DNA of 64,000 nt from Magallana gigas (lineage: Eukaryota), in the NCBI RefSeq assembly GCF_963853765.1, contig NC_088855.1, forward strand, positions 55,490,001 through 55,554,000. Reading direction: 5' to 3'. Each line of letters opens with the position of its first letter. The first letter of the stretch is position 1. Positions 1 through 11,739 of this stretch are shown here, piece after piece. The notes below the pieces were generated by a model. The model saw nothing but the letters and a program-made list of their open reading frames with translations. It was not told where the DNA came from and made no database searches. The position numbers and the translations under genes were made by a program.

Positions 1-400
1 TAGTATGATCAAAAATGTGAAATGTGGTTTTGATGTCTGGATTCAGAGAAATAAAATCCTTTTTGAGTTTGAAAAAAGATTTTAAGGTATTTTGATAAAG
101 CTGCCTTTGAGCAAAGGAGAATGAGCCTGAGGAACAAAATGACACACCAAAGTATTTGTATTCAGAGACACATTCAAGTTCAACATCAGCAAAGTTAAAT
201 TAAAATTTAGAGAGTCTGCCTGCTTTATTGAAAACTATTATCTTGGTTTTGGATGTATTAATATTGAGACACCAATCATTGCAGTATTTTTGCAAGATAT
301 TAAGCTTTTGTTGCAACCCATCTGCTGATGAAGATAATAAAATATATCGTCCGCATACATCAAGCAATTGATTAGGTTTGAGTTTAAAAACACAGGATCG
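1..400 (-). mobile_element. Decayed non-LTR retrotransposon reverse-transcriptase fragment (CR1/L2/RTE-X-like)
   Basis: Minus strand reads LMYADD (346-357), then after a frameshift SADGLQQKLNILQKYCNDWCLNINTSKTK...YKYFGV, typical RT/thumb motifs. Contains stops and runs off the window edge. Confidence 0.8.
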
Positions 401-449
401 GCAGACGAGTATAAATAGGGTATATAAAGTTCACAGAATGAATGACTTT

Positions 450-2240
450 AAGTTCTTAAAGATAGCTTAAAGGTAGCTTTAAGACAATCTTTAAGCCACC
501 TTCAAGCTATAAGTGGTGCTTAAAGGTGGCTTGAGGAAAGCATAAAGATGGCTTAAAGGTGCTTAAAGGCAGCTTAAAGACTATCTTTACGCCATCATTA
601 AACCACATTTAAGGATAACTTATAGGTCCTTAATGTCCAAACTTCTTTAAGCCACCTTAAAGCCATTTAAAAAAAATCTTTTAATTCAATATTGTGCTTA
701 ATTTACCAACAAAATGTATTAACATTATGAAAATTTAACCAGCTGTGATCAATGGACTAATACATTCAACCTATATGCGAAATATTTTTTAAAAAAAAAG
801 CATGACCTTGCGTCTGAAATAAAAAACACACCTGTTGTGTATATCCTGTATATTCTGTGTTAGTTCCAGGGTTTTTCTGAGGTTTAACAAACAATAGATT
901 TTAATTAGATATACACAAAGAAATAAAAGCACATCTAGACACACAACGCAGCCATTTTAACAAGAGAAATTGATTATACATGAACATGTACTGTAGATAA
1001 GTATAAATGATGTACCGGGTATATTCTGTCGCAAGTTTCAATGATTCAAAGACAGAAAAGGTATTAAAAAATGGTTTTTGCTCTAGTAAAAAAAAAATTA
1101 AAAAAAATTCAAAATGCCCAAGAGGAGAATTGAACACGGGACCATTCATCTACTAGCATCACCTCACTCCCTCTGCACCACGGCAACTAATGTCTTTTAA
1201 GTGGTTTTTATATTAGTGGCTATTGAATCAATGTAATGAGTGTGTATTTTTTACTTGAAAAGATTTTGACTTCCATTCAGTTTGTAACAATCAATTATAT
1301 CTGATTTATAAATTACATGCATGCATGTATTTTGAATGAAATACAGTACTTGATCTTCAGTCAAAAAAATACATATTATACATGACTGAAAACTGTTAGG
1401 CTTACTAGCACTTAGTTAATAAATTTAAACTGGGTAGATATACGTTCACCTAATTTATAACTAAATGAAATGCAAGGAAGAAGGAGAAATTTTTTTTAAA
1501 TGCATTGAAACTATAAGGGTATTAGTTCTACGCAATTTCCCGGTTTTCATGATCACGGTGCCGTTCAAGCATGTATAATTTTTATAATATTGATTATTAT
1601 ACATTTACAACAGATCAAGAATAACAAATTAAATTATATATATTTAAATATTTAATTGTATACATGATTTTTAAACTATCAATTCTAAAACAAATAATGT
1701 TACCGATTACCACTTACGTATTTACTGCATGTGGCAATTGCAAATGATGTATACAAGTCATATACATGTACATATAGTTTTTATGATGTACCCAGCCGGG
1801 TATGTGATATATTTACCCTTATAAATATGTTTAAATAATTAACCCCCATTTGTGATCACCGGTACAGTAATTGATTAGCCTCTAGATTTTACTCTTGCAT
1901 ACATTTATTGACATGATGTGCATCTGGGCACAATTGACACCTGTTGTGTATATTTTGTATATTCTGTGTTAGTTCCAGGGGTTTTCTTAAGTTGGACAAA
2001 CAATAGACTTTAACTAGATATACACAAATGAACAAAACTATGTCTAGACAAACAAAGCAGTAATATCCCGCCTGATATAACAAAGGCAGTTGAGAGTCTT
2101 TTCATCTTTAACATGTATCTAGCAGATCAAGAATTAGACCTAAAAATAATTAAAATTGGAAAAAATACATATCTTAAATTAAACCGATTAAATCATATAT
2201 AATTCGTTCATTTTTTACAATTTTGTTTCATAACCGGATG

Positions 2241-2302
<62 letters not shown>

Positions 2303-2878
2303 GAGAGCTTTCACCGATTAATTTATAATAGAAAACAAACATACTTCAATTTCATGCACAGATTTAGATACAGAGACTTTGCTCGCCCCTACAATAATTT
2401 TGAAACCAAAAAAAAAAAAATTAAAGAATTTTATATAAATGGCAATCTGTGTCCATTGGAGCGGTGTTGATAATAGCTATCTGGAGCGACTATGTTTACA
2501 CATGCAAAACTTAGGTGTAGAAACCTGTTTCTGCATGGTGTGTGCTGACATTTAAAACCACCTGGAACATTCCTCCCCCTTCCTTGGAAATTATATATCA
2601 TCACTTGGATCACCCCCTCCCATCCCTGTAAAAGATCTATTGCATTTAGTTTATGTATTTACGATGAATCTGTTCAGGTTGATCAAACTTGACTTAAAGG
2701 GAACTTAATAAAGTTGGTGTAAAGACAACTTAAAGGTGACTTAAAGAAGTTGGGACATTAAGCTCAGCCTAAAGGTGACTTAAAGGTGGCTTAAAGATTG
2801 CATGTCCTTTAAGCCACCTTCACGCCACTCTTGAGCCATCTTTAGGGACTTGCTTAAAGATTGTTTTTCGCCATGTGG
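450..2878. mobile_element. Foldback-like element with inverted arrays of TTAAAGGTGGC/GCCACCTTAA subrepeats at both ends
   Basis: The 450-670 and 2690-2870 blocks are inverted copies: taatgtccaaacttctttaagccacctt (~631-659) vs aaggtgacttaaagaagttgggacatta (~2733-2760). An internal ~130-bp direct repeat lies at ~829-960 and ~1937-2065. Confidence 0.5.
2245..2307. repeat. (AG)n microsatellite
   Basis: Direct observation. Confidence 0.95.
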
Positions 2879-2942
2879 TTATATCTCTCTTCCCATACAT
2901 GATATATATGATAGAAATGCTGAGGCATTTGAAACATCTTAC

Positions 2943-3077
2943 CGCGACACATTCTTTCTGGTTCAAAGTCAGAATCCCCTTTTCATAAAGTAAATCGACA
3001 ACTTCGTTGATATTAGAGACATTCTTATGAATAAAAACCCTGTTTCTTCGAATTATATCCCATTCGTGTTTGTTCAT
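2943..3077 (-). CDS. Probable first coding exon of a CARD/death-fold domain gene; remainder not located
   Basis: ATG at 3077 opens 45 codons, MNKHEWDIIRRNRVFIHKNVSNINEVVDLLYEKGILTLNQKECVA, ending at a phase-0 donor (GCG|GTAAGA). The pattern matches CARD helices 1-3 (R-N-R..l...l....vlD.L.e.gil). Confidence 0.6.
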
Positions 3078-3339
3078 TTTAGGTGACAGTAGATAAATCG
3101 AAAGTAGACGTAGTTTTCGAACCAACCGAAGAAACAAGTTTCCGGAATTAAAAAACCCCCACAACTTTTAGCTAGTGTAGACGATATGTCTGTTGTATGG
3201 AAATCGAGGAAACACCCACCCCAACTCCTACAGATGACAAGATTTAAGAGAATAGACATGGTGTAAATTCAAGTTGTACCTCCCTTCAACTTATTGTAAA
3301 CAAATAATTGGATGCAATCACAGGCGCCTGACGTTAAAA

Positions 3340-3345
<6 letters not shown>

Positions 3346-3381
<36 letters not shown>

Positions 3382-4831
3382 ATTGTTTTTGTTCCATACA
3401 TACTAATACTAATGTTGACAATAATAAATTCAGTTTTTATAAATTTTATACACATGCATACTCACTCACACACAAGTATATTTACATACATTTTTCAATA
3501 TTAGTGGTAAATGGTTACTTTGCTTCAAAAAAAAAATAAATAAATAAGAAAAACCCAAAAATAAAAAACAAAAAAATAAATAACAAATAATAATACGAAT
3601 AGTAATAATCATAATATCATAAACTAATCTAAAATGTTTTTCCACGTAAGCCACAATTTTTCAAAATTGCGCAGCTTTTGATTTTGGATAGCAGCATATT
3701 TTTCTACATGATATTTTAATCTTAAATGACTAAGTAATCCAAGAAAATTTGGCATTTTATTTTGCATTAAGGATATAAAAATATATTGTTTAACATATAG
3801 AATTATGAAGTTTATAACCCTGTTAGTGTTTGACAATGGTAGCTCACCAAGAATAACATTCGAAACATTAAAACCAACTCTTTCAGCGGTCTTTCTGTAT
3901 ATATGTAGACTTAAATCACTCCAGAGTGTTTGTACTTTATCACAAGCAATGAAAACATGTATTATTGTTTCAACATTTTCCATACAAAAACCACAACAGT
4001 CAGAAGTTTTAATGTTAATTTTCTTAAAGTATTTTCCAACAGGAACAATTCTATGCAAGATACGAAATTGTAACCACTGGGCAGAAGAATCACTGGTGGT
4101 TTTATAACAAATTTTAAAAACATCTTGCACTGATATTGTGTCTACTCCATAAGACATAAGCTCTGCCTCCCACTTGCTGATTGAGGTTGGAATAGCCTCA
4201 TTTTTATTCAAAAAATTAGAAAAGATTTTTGAACATTTTTCAGAAGATATGAGAGGTTCAAAAAATAAAAGTACATATGGATTAGGAAGTCTTTTGAAAG
4301 AAGACCTATCTATTAACAATGATTTCAAATATTTTGAAATAGCTGTAACAATACTATTGTATTGCATCACACATCTGTCAGATAGATTGTATGTGTTTTT
4401 AAGAACTCCAAAGTCTAAAAGATTACAATCATCATCAAAAAAATCTTGCACAACCTTTATTCCCTTTTCATACCAGGATTTAAAAAACACTGGTTTGTTG
4501 TTAACTTTTATATTAGAGTTATACCACACTGGAATATAATGAAATTTGTTTTTAAAATGCGGAGAGTAAGTAAAAGATTTCATATAACATGACCAAGCAA
4601 TCAAAACATCTTTCCAAAAGGCGTTATTTTCTTTTAACAAACAATCAAACACAAAACTATCTCCAAAATCGTACAATTTCTGTAAAATATCATCTCCATT
4701 GAGAGCATAGAAAATATCCATCCATGGTTTATGTGAACAAGTTAACCTTTTAATCCATGTACATTTAAGTGATGTAATAAAACTTCTAACATCTACCATT
4801 TTCATACCACCTGACAAGTAGTCTTGTGTTA
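3346..4831 (-). mobile_element. 5'-truncated L1/Tx1-clade LINE: ORF2 C-terminus with zf-RVT-type Cys motif, poly(A) tail and TSD
   Basis: 397-aa ORF 3624-4817 includes QWLQFRILHRI...CGFC...ETIIHVFIAC..V..LW. Poly(T) on + at 3343-3374. TSD TAAAAGTATTT at 3335-3345 and 4832-4842. The paralogous empty site is at ~17535-17555. Confidence 0.9.
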
Positions 4832-5200
4832 TAAAAGTATTTCTTTTTTACTGTTAAATTATCCCAGTACTATCGTGGTGACGCTATTAGAAACGCAAAT
4901 ATCTATAGAGAAACGTATTAAAACTACTCTGAAAACATTAATCTTCAGGTTGTGCGGTTAGGGGCACAGTAAAGGTGCAACAGTGTAGCCAATGACTGTA
5001 CAGTTGGGCGGAATCTTCTGCTAACATACAAGACAAAATTAAGACATAACTAAGCTAACATCTAAACATCTTGATATTATAGAGTGGATTCACATGGTCT
5101 GTTGAAATCCTTACTCATGAGCCATACAGTTAATGAGTCCCAAGAAGGATACACACTTTTACAAAAAATTTAATGTTTATGTGAAAGGCTATTATAGTAA

Positions 5201-6508
5201 AGGCCCTGTCACACCAAGCTGCGTCCCCATTGCGTGTTCACCTGTTCACGGCGTTGTAAAATTTATGGAATCGCCGTAGGATCGCAAGTAAAATCAAGAA
5301 AAAATGTACCGTTTTATTTGAAAATTTTACAAGTGGAGTTGTCACGGCGTCCTGACGGCGACCGAGGCGTTCTTACGGAGCTCTCACGGCGTGTAACTGC
5401 GTTTCCAAGGAGTTCTACTTAGCGATTAACTGCACTCTCGCCGAGTCTCCGCCGCGCGCTCATGACGTGCTAGGAGATTTTACCGCGCTTTCACGGCGTG
5501 CTCTGCGCGCTGACTGCGTGCACAAGACGTTCTTTAAACCCCTGTCACACCGGAGCTGCGTCCTCGCGGCGTTTTCCATTTGGCTGCGTTCACACAGCAT
5601 TAAACACCATCACCAGTCCCGTATTCATGTGGTGCACTTTGTTTACATGTAAAAATGGCGACTCTCGATCTCGATGAAAATTCAACGTACTTGATTTTCC
5701 GAGGTCGGTAGCGTGTTTCGGAGAAAGTCTGAGGCAAATAAAGAGGCGATATCAGTATTAAATTGCATGAAGAATTTAATGGTACAAATTGTTTTCACAG
5801 AATTTGCGTATAAATAAGGTAAATCAGTCCAAAACTAGCGCACGTTTTTCTGCGCAATAAATATACATTTTTTTCAATGGGTGGCCCTGTAGCTCTCCGG
5901 TCTGTCAATATTTTTTTCTCCGGAGAGCTACAGTTCTGCAGCTATTGATGACAACGCAGTAGAAACGCCAAGGGAGCGCGGTATAAACGCAGAAGAAACG
6001 TCACGAGAGCGCGATGAACGCAGCATCAGCTCTTTGGGGTCGCTGTGTGAACGCTTCCAAATGGAAAACAACTTGTTCAAACGCTATGGAAGTGCTGTGA
6101 GAGCGCGGTAGAGACGCAGTGAGATCCAAAAGGACTCCGTGAGGTCTCCGTGCAAGCGTAATTGACTTATCACTGCGTCTACACTGCGATTAGTTGCGTT
6201 CCTTGAGCGCGCCGACGGAGCTCTCGTGGCGCTGTTGGAGATCTTACGGCGCTGGCACGGCAACCTGACTACGCTTCTACGGCGTGTTTATCGGAACGCC
6301 GAGCCACGGCGCGTACTTTGTGCACATTCAAAGTGCGCGCCGTCGCATGGCGTTCTTCAATGTTCAAGGCGATCCCACCGCGACGGACGGAGATGTAGTT
6401 ACGTTGTTACGGCGCTGCAGGAGACTCTACTGCGTTTACCCTGGCGTTTTACATTATTTAAGAACGCAGCGGGATCGCCGTGAGGACGCAGCTCCGGTGT
6501 GACAGGGG
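5201..6508. mobile_element. GC-rich non-autonomous TIR element (PIF/Harbinger-like MITE), composite with an extra left end
   Basis: Perfect inverted repeat cccctgtcacaccggagctgcgtcctc (~5540) / gaggacgcagctccggtgtgacagggg (6482-6508), plus a second left-end variant at 5201. TAA precedes both left ends. Absent from the paralogous site at ~17890. Confidence 0.75.
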
Positions 6509-6977
6509 TTCAAACAATGTAATCTAAATTTTAAATCATATAATGAAATGACAAATAGAGGGTTTAAAAATCACCACAAGATGTATAAGATAAAATAGAG
6601 ATCGCAAAGAACATTTACGTTCATCTCTCCTTACCCCCAAAAGCCCTATTTAAAAAGTTTGAATAATCATTTGTTATATTAACACCATATTTCCAAGGAC
6701 CAGAGTGAGACTGAATTTGGTAATCACAATCAAGAATAAGGAAATTAGAAGAAGATTTATAAAAATGCCATTAGGTGAGCACTGTGGCCCATAAACCTTT
6801 CAAAGGTTACATACATTTCGAAATATGAATCAAGTGTACTTTGAATTCACTTGAAAATTTACATTTTGTATTTTCATCATCTCAGATTTACCATTATTTT
6901 TAACAGTATTGTCCTGTTCTGTTTGTTCAAGCTTGTTCTTGTCGCACTTTTACCACACACCGTATTATGTAAATCTG

Positions 6978-7034
6978 ATTGGTGCAAGGATATACAAGTA
7001 TGTTTGTGCATACAGATGCACCAAATACATAAAT
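6978..7034 (+). promoter_or_regulatory. CCAAT box (ATTGG, 6978-6982) and TATA-like TACATAAA upstream of dioxygenase copy 1
   Basis: Same motifs at equivalent positions in copy 3 (ATTGG 26918, TACATAAA ~26960) and partly in copy 2 (ATTGG 18249). Confidence 0.45.
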
Positions 7035-8330
7035 TCGATACATTTGAACAACCCGCGACGTGAGCCGTTGACAATCTCTCAGGGACTCAAATTGGACTGT
7101 ATTCATGAGTATGGAGACCAATAAAAAGTAGGTGTTAGATTTACCGGTATTCCAGTTACATAGCCCATTAAATTTATTGCGGCAGGGGGTCCAGGGCTTA
7201 GCCCTTGTGATAAGTTCAGGGGTGCGAAGCCCCCCTACGAAAAATAAATTTGGGAGTTTAAGAATGTGAAAAAAAAACATTGTCCGGAACGAAGTTTTGT
7301 TATTTTTCATTTCAGATCAGCATCTATTCACAGTATTGTCGTATACAAATTTTTGATTTATAAGAAATTCAAAAATTGAGAACACGATTGTCGTATACTC
7401 AATTTTTGAATTCTTTATAATTCAAAAATGTGTAAACAACAGTATTTAATAAAATAAAACTTTTAACGTATTTTAGATGAATGAACATTTTTATTTTAAT
7501 CGTTGTTTAACTTTAAAATTTCAATGGCCCGATTGGGCATTTTTTGGAGTTTGCAAATTTTGTGAGAATATTGTCAACTGAGACCATTTGGTGCCTTTGA
7601 ACAAAAAGTAAGGCAAGGCCAACCAGACGGTCCCCAATGTTTCAAGCGTCTCATTGTGGAGATCTCTCGCAAGGGAGCAAATCAACAAAGTGTTGGGCCT
7701 TAGCTGCGAAAAATTATTTTGAATTTGAGTATTATAATTGAGTGATTTATATGTGTTTCTTCTGTAATTAAAGTACCTGATGCCGATTCTAGACTGTCGT
7801 TCTTCCTTTTTCTTTATAAACGATGTAAGCTTTGTTTGGTTTTTTTTCTTCTGATCCATATTTTCCCACATAAACAACTCTAAGATTTTATTGGATCAAG
7901 AGTCCCATCTGATAAATTTTGATCCCGATCACATTGAAATGGAAGTATAATATCAAAATTTTTATTTATTGGATTTGTTTATTTCTTAAATTTACAAAAG
8001 AGAGAAATTCTACTATGTGGGAGGGAAAATCCCGTTGATGATCAAAAAAATTCTAGTGAGGCAGTTGCCTCATTGCCACAATGGAAGCTACGCCCCTGCA
8101 TAGAAATATATTGAAATTAGATAACATTTTTAAAAAACTAAAACATACATACATGTATGTGGATTTTGTTTATAAAAAAGAAAATGAAAATATCGTACTT
8201 AAAATTACAAGTTGAATATGATGGGTGATATGTTGACAACCTTTCCTCTTTATGTATACAGTATATTTTAATAGTTTCAATGATTTTAACGGATTTCTGG
8301 CAGGTGACTTAGACAACTCCCTCCTAAAAC

Positions 8331-8583
8331 TAGAACCATTTTAACAAGACCTTGGACTTTCAGTAGGATGTAACGATCTATTTCTTGCGTCAAAACAAGT
8401 TAAAATGACGCTGGTTTCAAGCGAAATATACACCGATTGCGTAGTCTTTCCTCAAAAGCCAGACAAATCCTGTTAATTTTAAAGAGCCATAGCTGAGTGG
8501 CCTCCAATGAAATAAACAAGCCTACGTCACATTGTCGTTTGATTCAACTACCCAAAGTCCAAGCTCTTGTTAAAATGGTTCTA
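8331..8583. mobile_element. TA-flanked MITE (Tc1/mariner-like) in intron 1, just upstream of the exon 2 acceptor
   Basis: TIRs TAGAACCATTTTAACAAG / CTTGTTAAAATGGTTCTA. Absent from the equivalent introns of copies 2 and 3. Confidence 0.85.
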
Positions 8584-9324
8584 TTTATATTCTGTAGAAA
8601 ACTACACATTCAAGAAGAGAAGATAAAGAATGAGCTTGAGACCCAGGGTTATTCCGTGGTCCCCGGGTGATTCCACTGGAGGAATGTGACAAGTACACTC
8701 AGGAATTCCGGACCTGGCTGGACAGGTTTGGGGAGGATTCCCCCGTACGTAAGAGGTCCGGCATCACGCATCAGTACAGGACGTCCCACTCTAACGCCGC
8801 CTGGCGGCTCAGACTTCACGCCAAACCTGTGTTCGAATCCATCTGGGGCACGGAGAAACTTTTAGCTAGTGTAGACGGTATGTCTATATCGGAGCCCCCG
8901 GAACAAGGCAAGAGTTTGCTACAAACATATTCTTGTGGTTTTCCGGTTTACAATAGCAAGGGATCATAGAAACATACACGTAAAACAACTACTGGTAATG
9001 TTTTATTAATCTTCAAAAATAATAATTACACACAATGTTAATAATGATAATCATGATTAAAATTATAATAAAAAAACCCCACTGAAATCATTCTGTAAAA
9101 CCATCTAATTTCTTGAAATTCTGTAAGAGAATTAATCCTGAAGGTATCGAGTTTTGTTTGAATGGGTTTTCATCAGCAGCACTTCTGGGTAAAGTCGTGA
9201 TGAATGAAAACTAAGTCCACTTTTGGACTATTGTTTAACGAATTCAATAGATATTTAATAGATTGAGAGCTAAGATGTAGCTAGGTTTGTTAATGGTTTA
9301 ATATACCGGGTTTTCGGGGCAGAA

Positions 9325-9560
9325 TAGAACCACTTTAACACGGCCTTGGACTTTCAGTACGATGTAACCATCCATTTCTTGCGTCACAACAAGTTAAAAT
9401 GACGCTGGTTTCAAGCGAAATACTAGTACACACCGATAGCGTAGTCTTAGCTCAAAGGCTAGACCAATCTTGTTGATTTGAAAGAGCCATAGCTGTAATG
9501 CTAGCAATGAAATAGACATGCCTACGTCACAATGCAGTTTGACACAACTATCCAAAGTCC
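9325..9560. mobile_element. Second, one-end-truncated copy of the TAGAACC MITE in intron 2 of copy 1
   Basis: Clearly similar to 8331-8560 along its length. Absent from intron 2 of copies 2 and 3. Confidence 0.8.
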
Positions 9561-10554
9561 CGTAAATCAATTCACCCTCTACTTATTTGTCAATTTTTAG
9601 GTCGAAGCAACTTCTCCAAACCTGAGAATTGTTGGTTTCACCTTGACCAAGGGAGCTGGCGAAAGGGACTGCATGCGTACCAGGGGGCGGTCTATTTGGA
9701 GGAAACGACCCCATCAGACTACTGCTTTAGAGTGCTCGAGGGCTCCCAAAAATACCACCAGGACTTGATGTACACTTTCTCAGATGTCAATGAAGCAATG
9801 GCAGGCAAAGATTTTTACATTTTAAAAAATCACCACTTAAAATTCTACCAGAATAAAGGGTGCGCGAAAAAGAAAGTCCCCGTCCCCAAGGGTGGACTGG
9901 TGCTATGGGATTCCAGATTGGTCCACGATACCCTAGCCCCCGTAGAAGGTCGGCCTCATGCCGACAGATGGCGCTTTGTTACTTACGTTTGCATGACCCC
10001 TGCGATCTGGGCTTCGAAGATAGATTTTAAGGTCAAGAAGATGGCTTACGAGGAGATGCTGTGTTCTGCTCACTGGCCATCTCAAGGGGTCAAGCTCTTC
10101 CCGGGTACACACGAGGATGAACCGACAAAACACAAGCGGATCGAGATGGTAGAGGAGCAGCCCTCGATAGCCAGAACGAGGCTGGTACAGCTACTGGCGG
10201 GGTTGGAGGCTTACGACTTCACTGATGGACGTCCAAATGGACCCTACTGGGAGCCAAGATGGACCCCGAGATAGAGTAATAGGAAGGCGGTCGTCCAAGA
10301 TCCACGGCGAGTTATTTCTCTTAGCTCAGGGCAAACTTGATATCTTAAAAAACTTATTTGTTGAACACTCCGTTTTAAGAACCTATTATTTAGCAAATAT
10401 CTACAAATCCATTTAAAGTACGAAAAGTCTATGAACTGAAGTCATTTATTATACAACATATAAATGTAATTAACGTGAAGATTGCGACTATTGCACGTTT
10501 CTCGGTTATACATGTGCAAAAGAATTTGTATTTATTGTCTTCCTGATGTTATCT

Positions 10555-10730
10555 TTAAACAAAAAAATGCTTTCTTTGCTGATTTATGTAGAATATGAGG
10601 GTATCGACATTGCAGATTATATACATAACCCGCGGTAGCAGGTTGTGTAATTTTCTTCTGCAATGATCGCTACAATCATATCCCGCATGAATCATCAAAG
10701 AAAGCATTTTATTGTTTATATTTATATCTT
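10555..10730. repeat. Palindromic interspersed repeat (MITE-like)
   Basis: aaacaaaaaaatgctttctttgctgatttatg ... catgaatcatcaaagaaagcattttattgttt are imperfect inverted ends. A related partial copy lies at ~25465-25572. Confidence 0.5.
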
Positions 10731-11739
10731 TCTTTTAACAAATTTATAAATTGATTTAAAAATGTACCTAAAATTCACAAAATTACTGTAATGTACATCA
10801 GTATGTTAGCTAAAAGAAACAGCCAAATAGTCTCCTATGGGAAATTTTAGTCTGACATCATCATGATTATTTCGTGCAGTGCGTAATTTTTCTTAGGTCG
10901 CTGTAGGTTTCGACCAATCGTTAAAGGGGCGCGCAGATTTCAGTCCTGTCAGTTGTTTGACAGTTTCAGTCACTACATAGGTTTCGACCAATCGATAAAC
11001 CTTACGGGACGTGTACATGGTGTAGATTTCAGTCTGGCTGTTTATTTAGAGCTATGCATTAACTATATGTTTCCGTAAGAAATAGAGGAAATCATACTCG
11101 GCTAATGTTAACTCAACACCAATTATCTATAAAAGTACTAGTACTATTATGATATAGATTGAATCATATCATATTCTCTCCTTTATTTATTAATTCAATA
11201 GGTTTCACAACTATGGAGTTGTAATTTTTACACTCGTTTGTTAACTACTGATTCATTTACTAGTTCAATATTTATTTGGGACTGATTTGACTAGTATACA
11301 TGTAACACTTACCAAGGGCTTACATATTTATAACGCATTGTCTACGCTCCTGGAGCGTAAAATTTTCCGTCTAAGGTTGTAATGTCCGATTGAGAATTAA
11401 GGCGGTTAAAATGTGGATAAAAAAGAATTATAATCAAAATACTTTAACCGGTTTTGAAAACAATATTTGACAAAAGAAAAACCTCCTTTAAAGTTTTTGA
11501 CATGTTATTCGAACTCTTGATCTACAGATTCGTTCATTCTATCTTTATTGTCTCCCATAGGAGATTGCATGAAGTATAACATTTAACACAAATAAAAACA
11601 GCGCATGAGTGACAAAGTTAATAGAAATTATAGTAGAAAAGGAATATAATTAAATACGTCCATTGCAATTGCTGGGGAGAACATATTTCTCCGGATTTAC
11701 TATTATGGTAAGTTTATTGAGTAAACTTTAAGTGTCTGT

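Larger units (their letters stand above)
7105..10274 (+). pseudogene. PhyH-like Fe(II)/2-oxoglutarate dioxygenase copy 1, frameshifted (exons 7105-7127, 8598-8907, 9601-10274)
   Basis: Same exon structure as copies 2 and 3, with HLDQ...WDSRLVH...R motifs. Exon 2 has GGG instead of GGGG at 8665-8667, giving an in-frame TGA at 8668. Exon sum is 1007 nt, not a multiple of 3. This could be an assembly homopolymer error. Confidence 0.8.

Noticed and set aside
326-380. Other CTGATGA motifs as hammerheads (326, 54772)
   Set aside because: No stem II/GAAA/stem III partners follow. The first lies within LINE RT coding sequence.
1120-1190. tRNA gene (A/B-box-like motifs on -)
   Set aside because: No cloverleaf can be formed. 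At most it is a decayed tRNA-derived SINE head.
2431-2613. Possible second exon of the CARD gene (acceptor near 2583 on -)
   Set aside because: The in-phase reading (EGGGMFQVVLNV...) does not resemble CARD helices 4-6 and stops after 23 codons. It lies inside a repeat.
9933-10133. Antisense ORFs over dioxygenase exons (also 19267-19452, 20444-20770, 27517-27699, 28550-28750)
   Set aside because: They are shadows of the real coding strand, with no independent motifs or splice signals.
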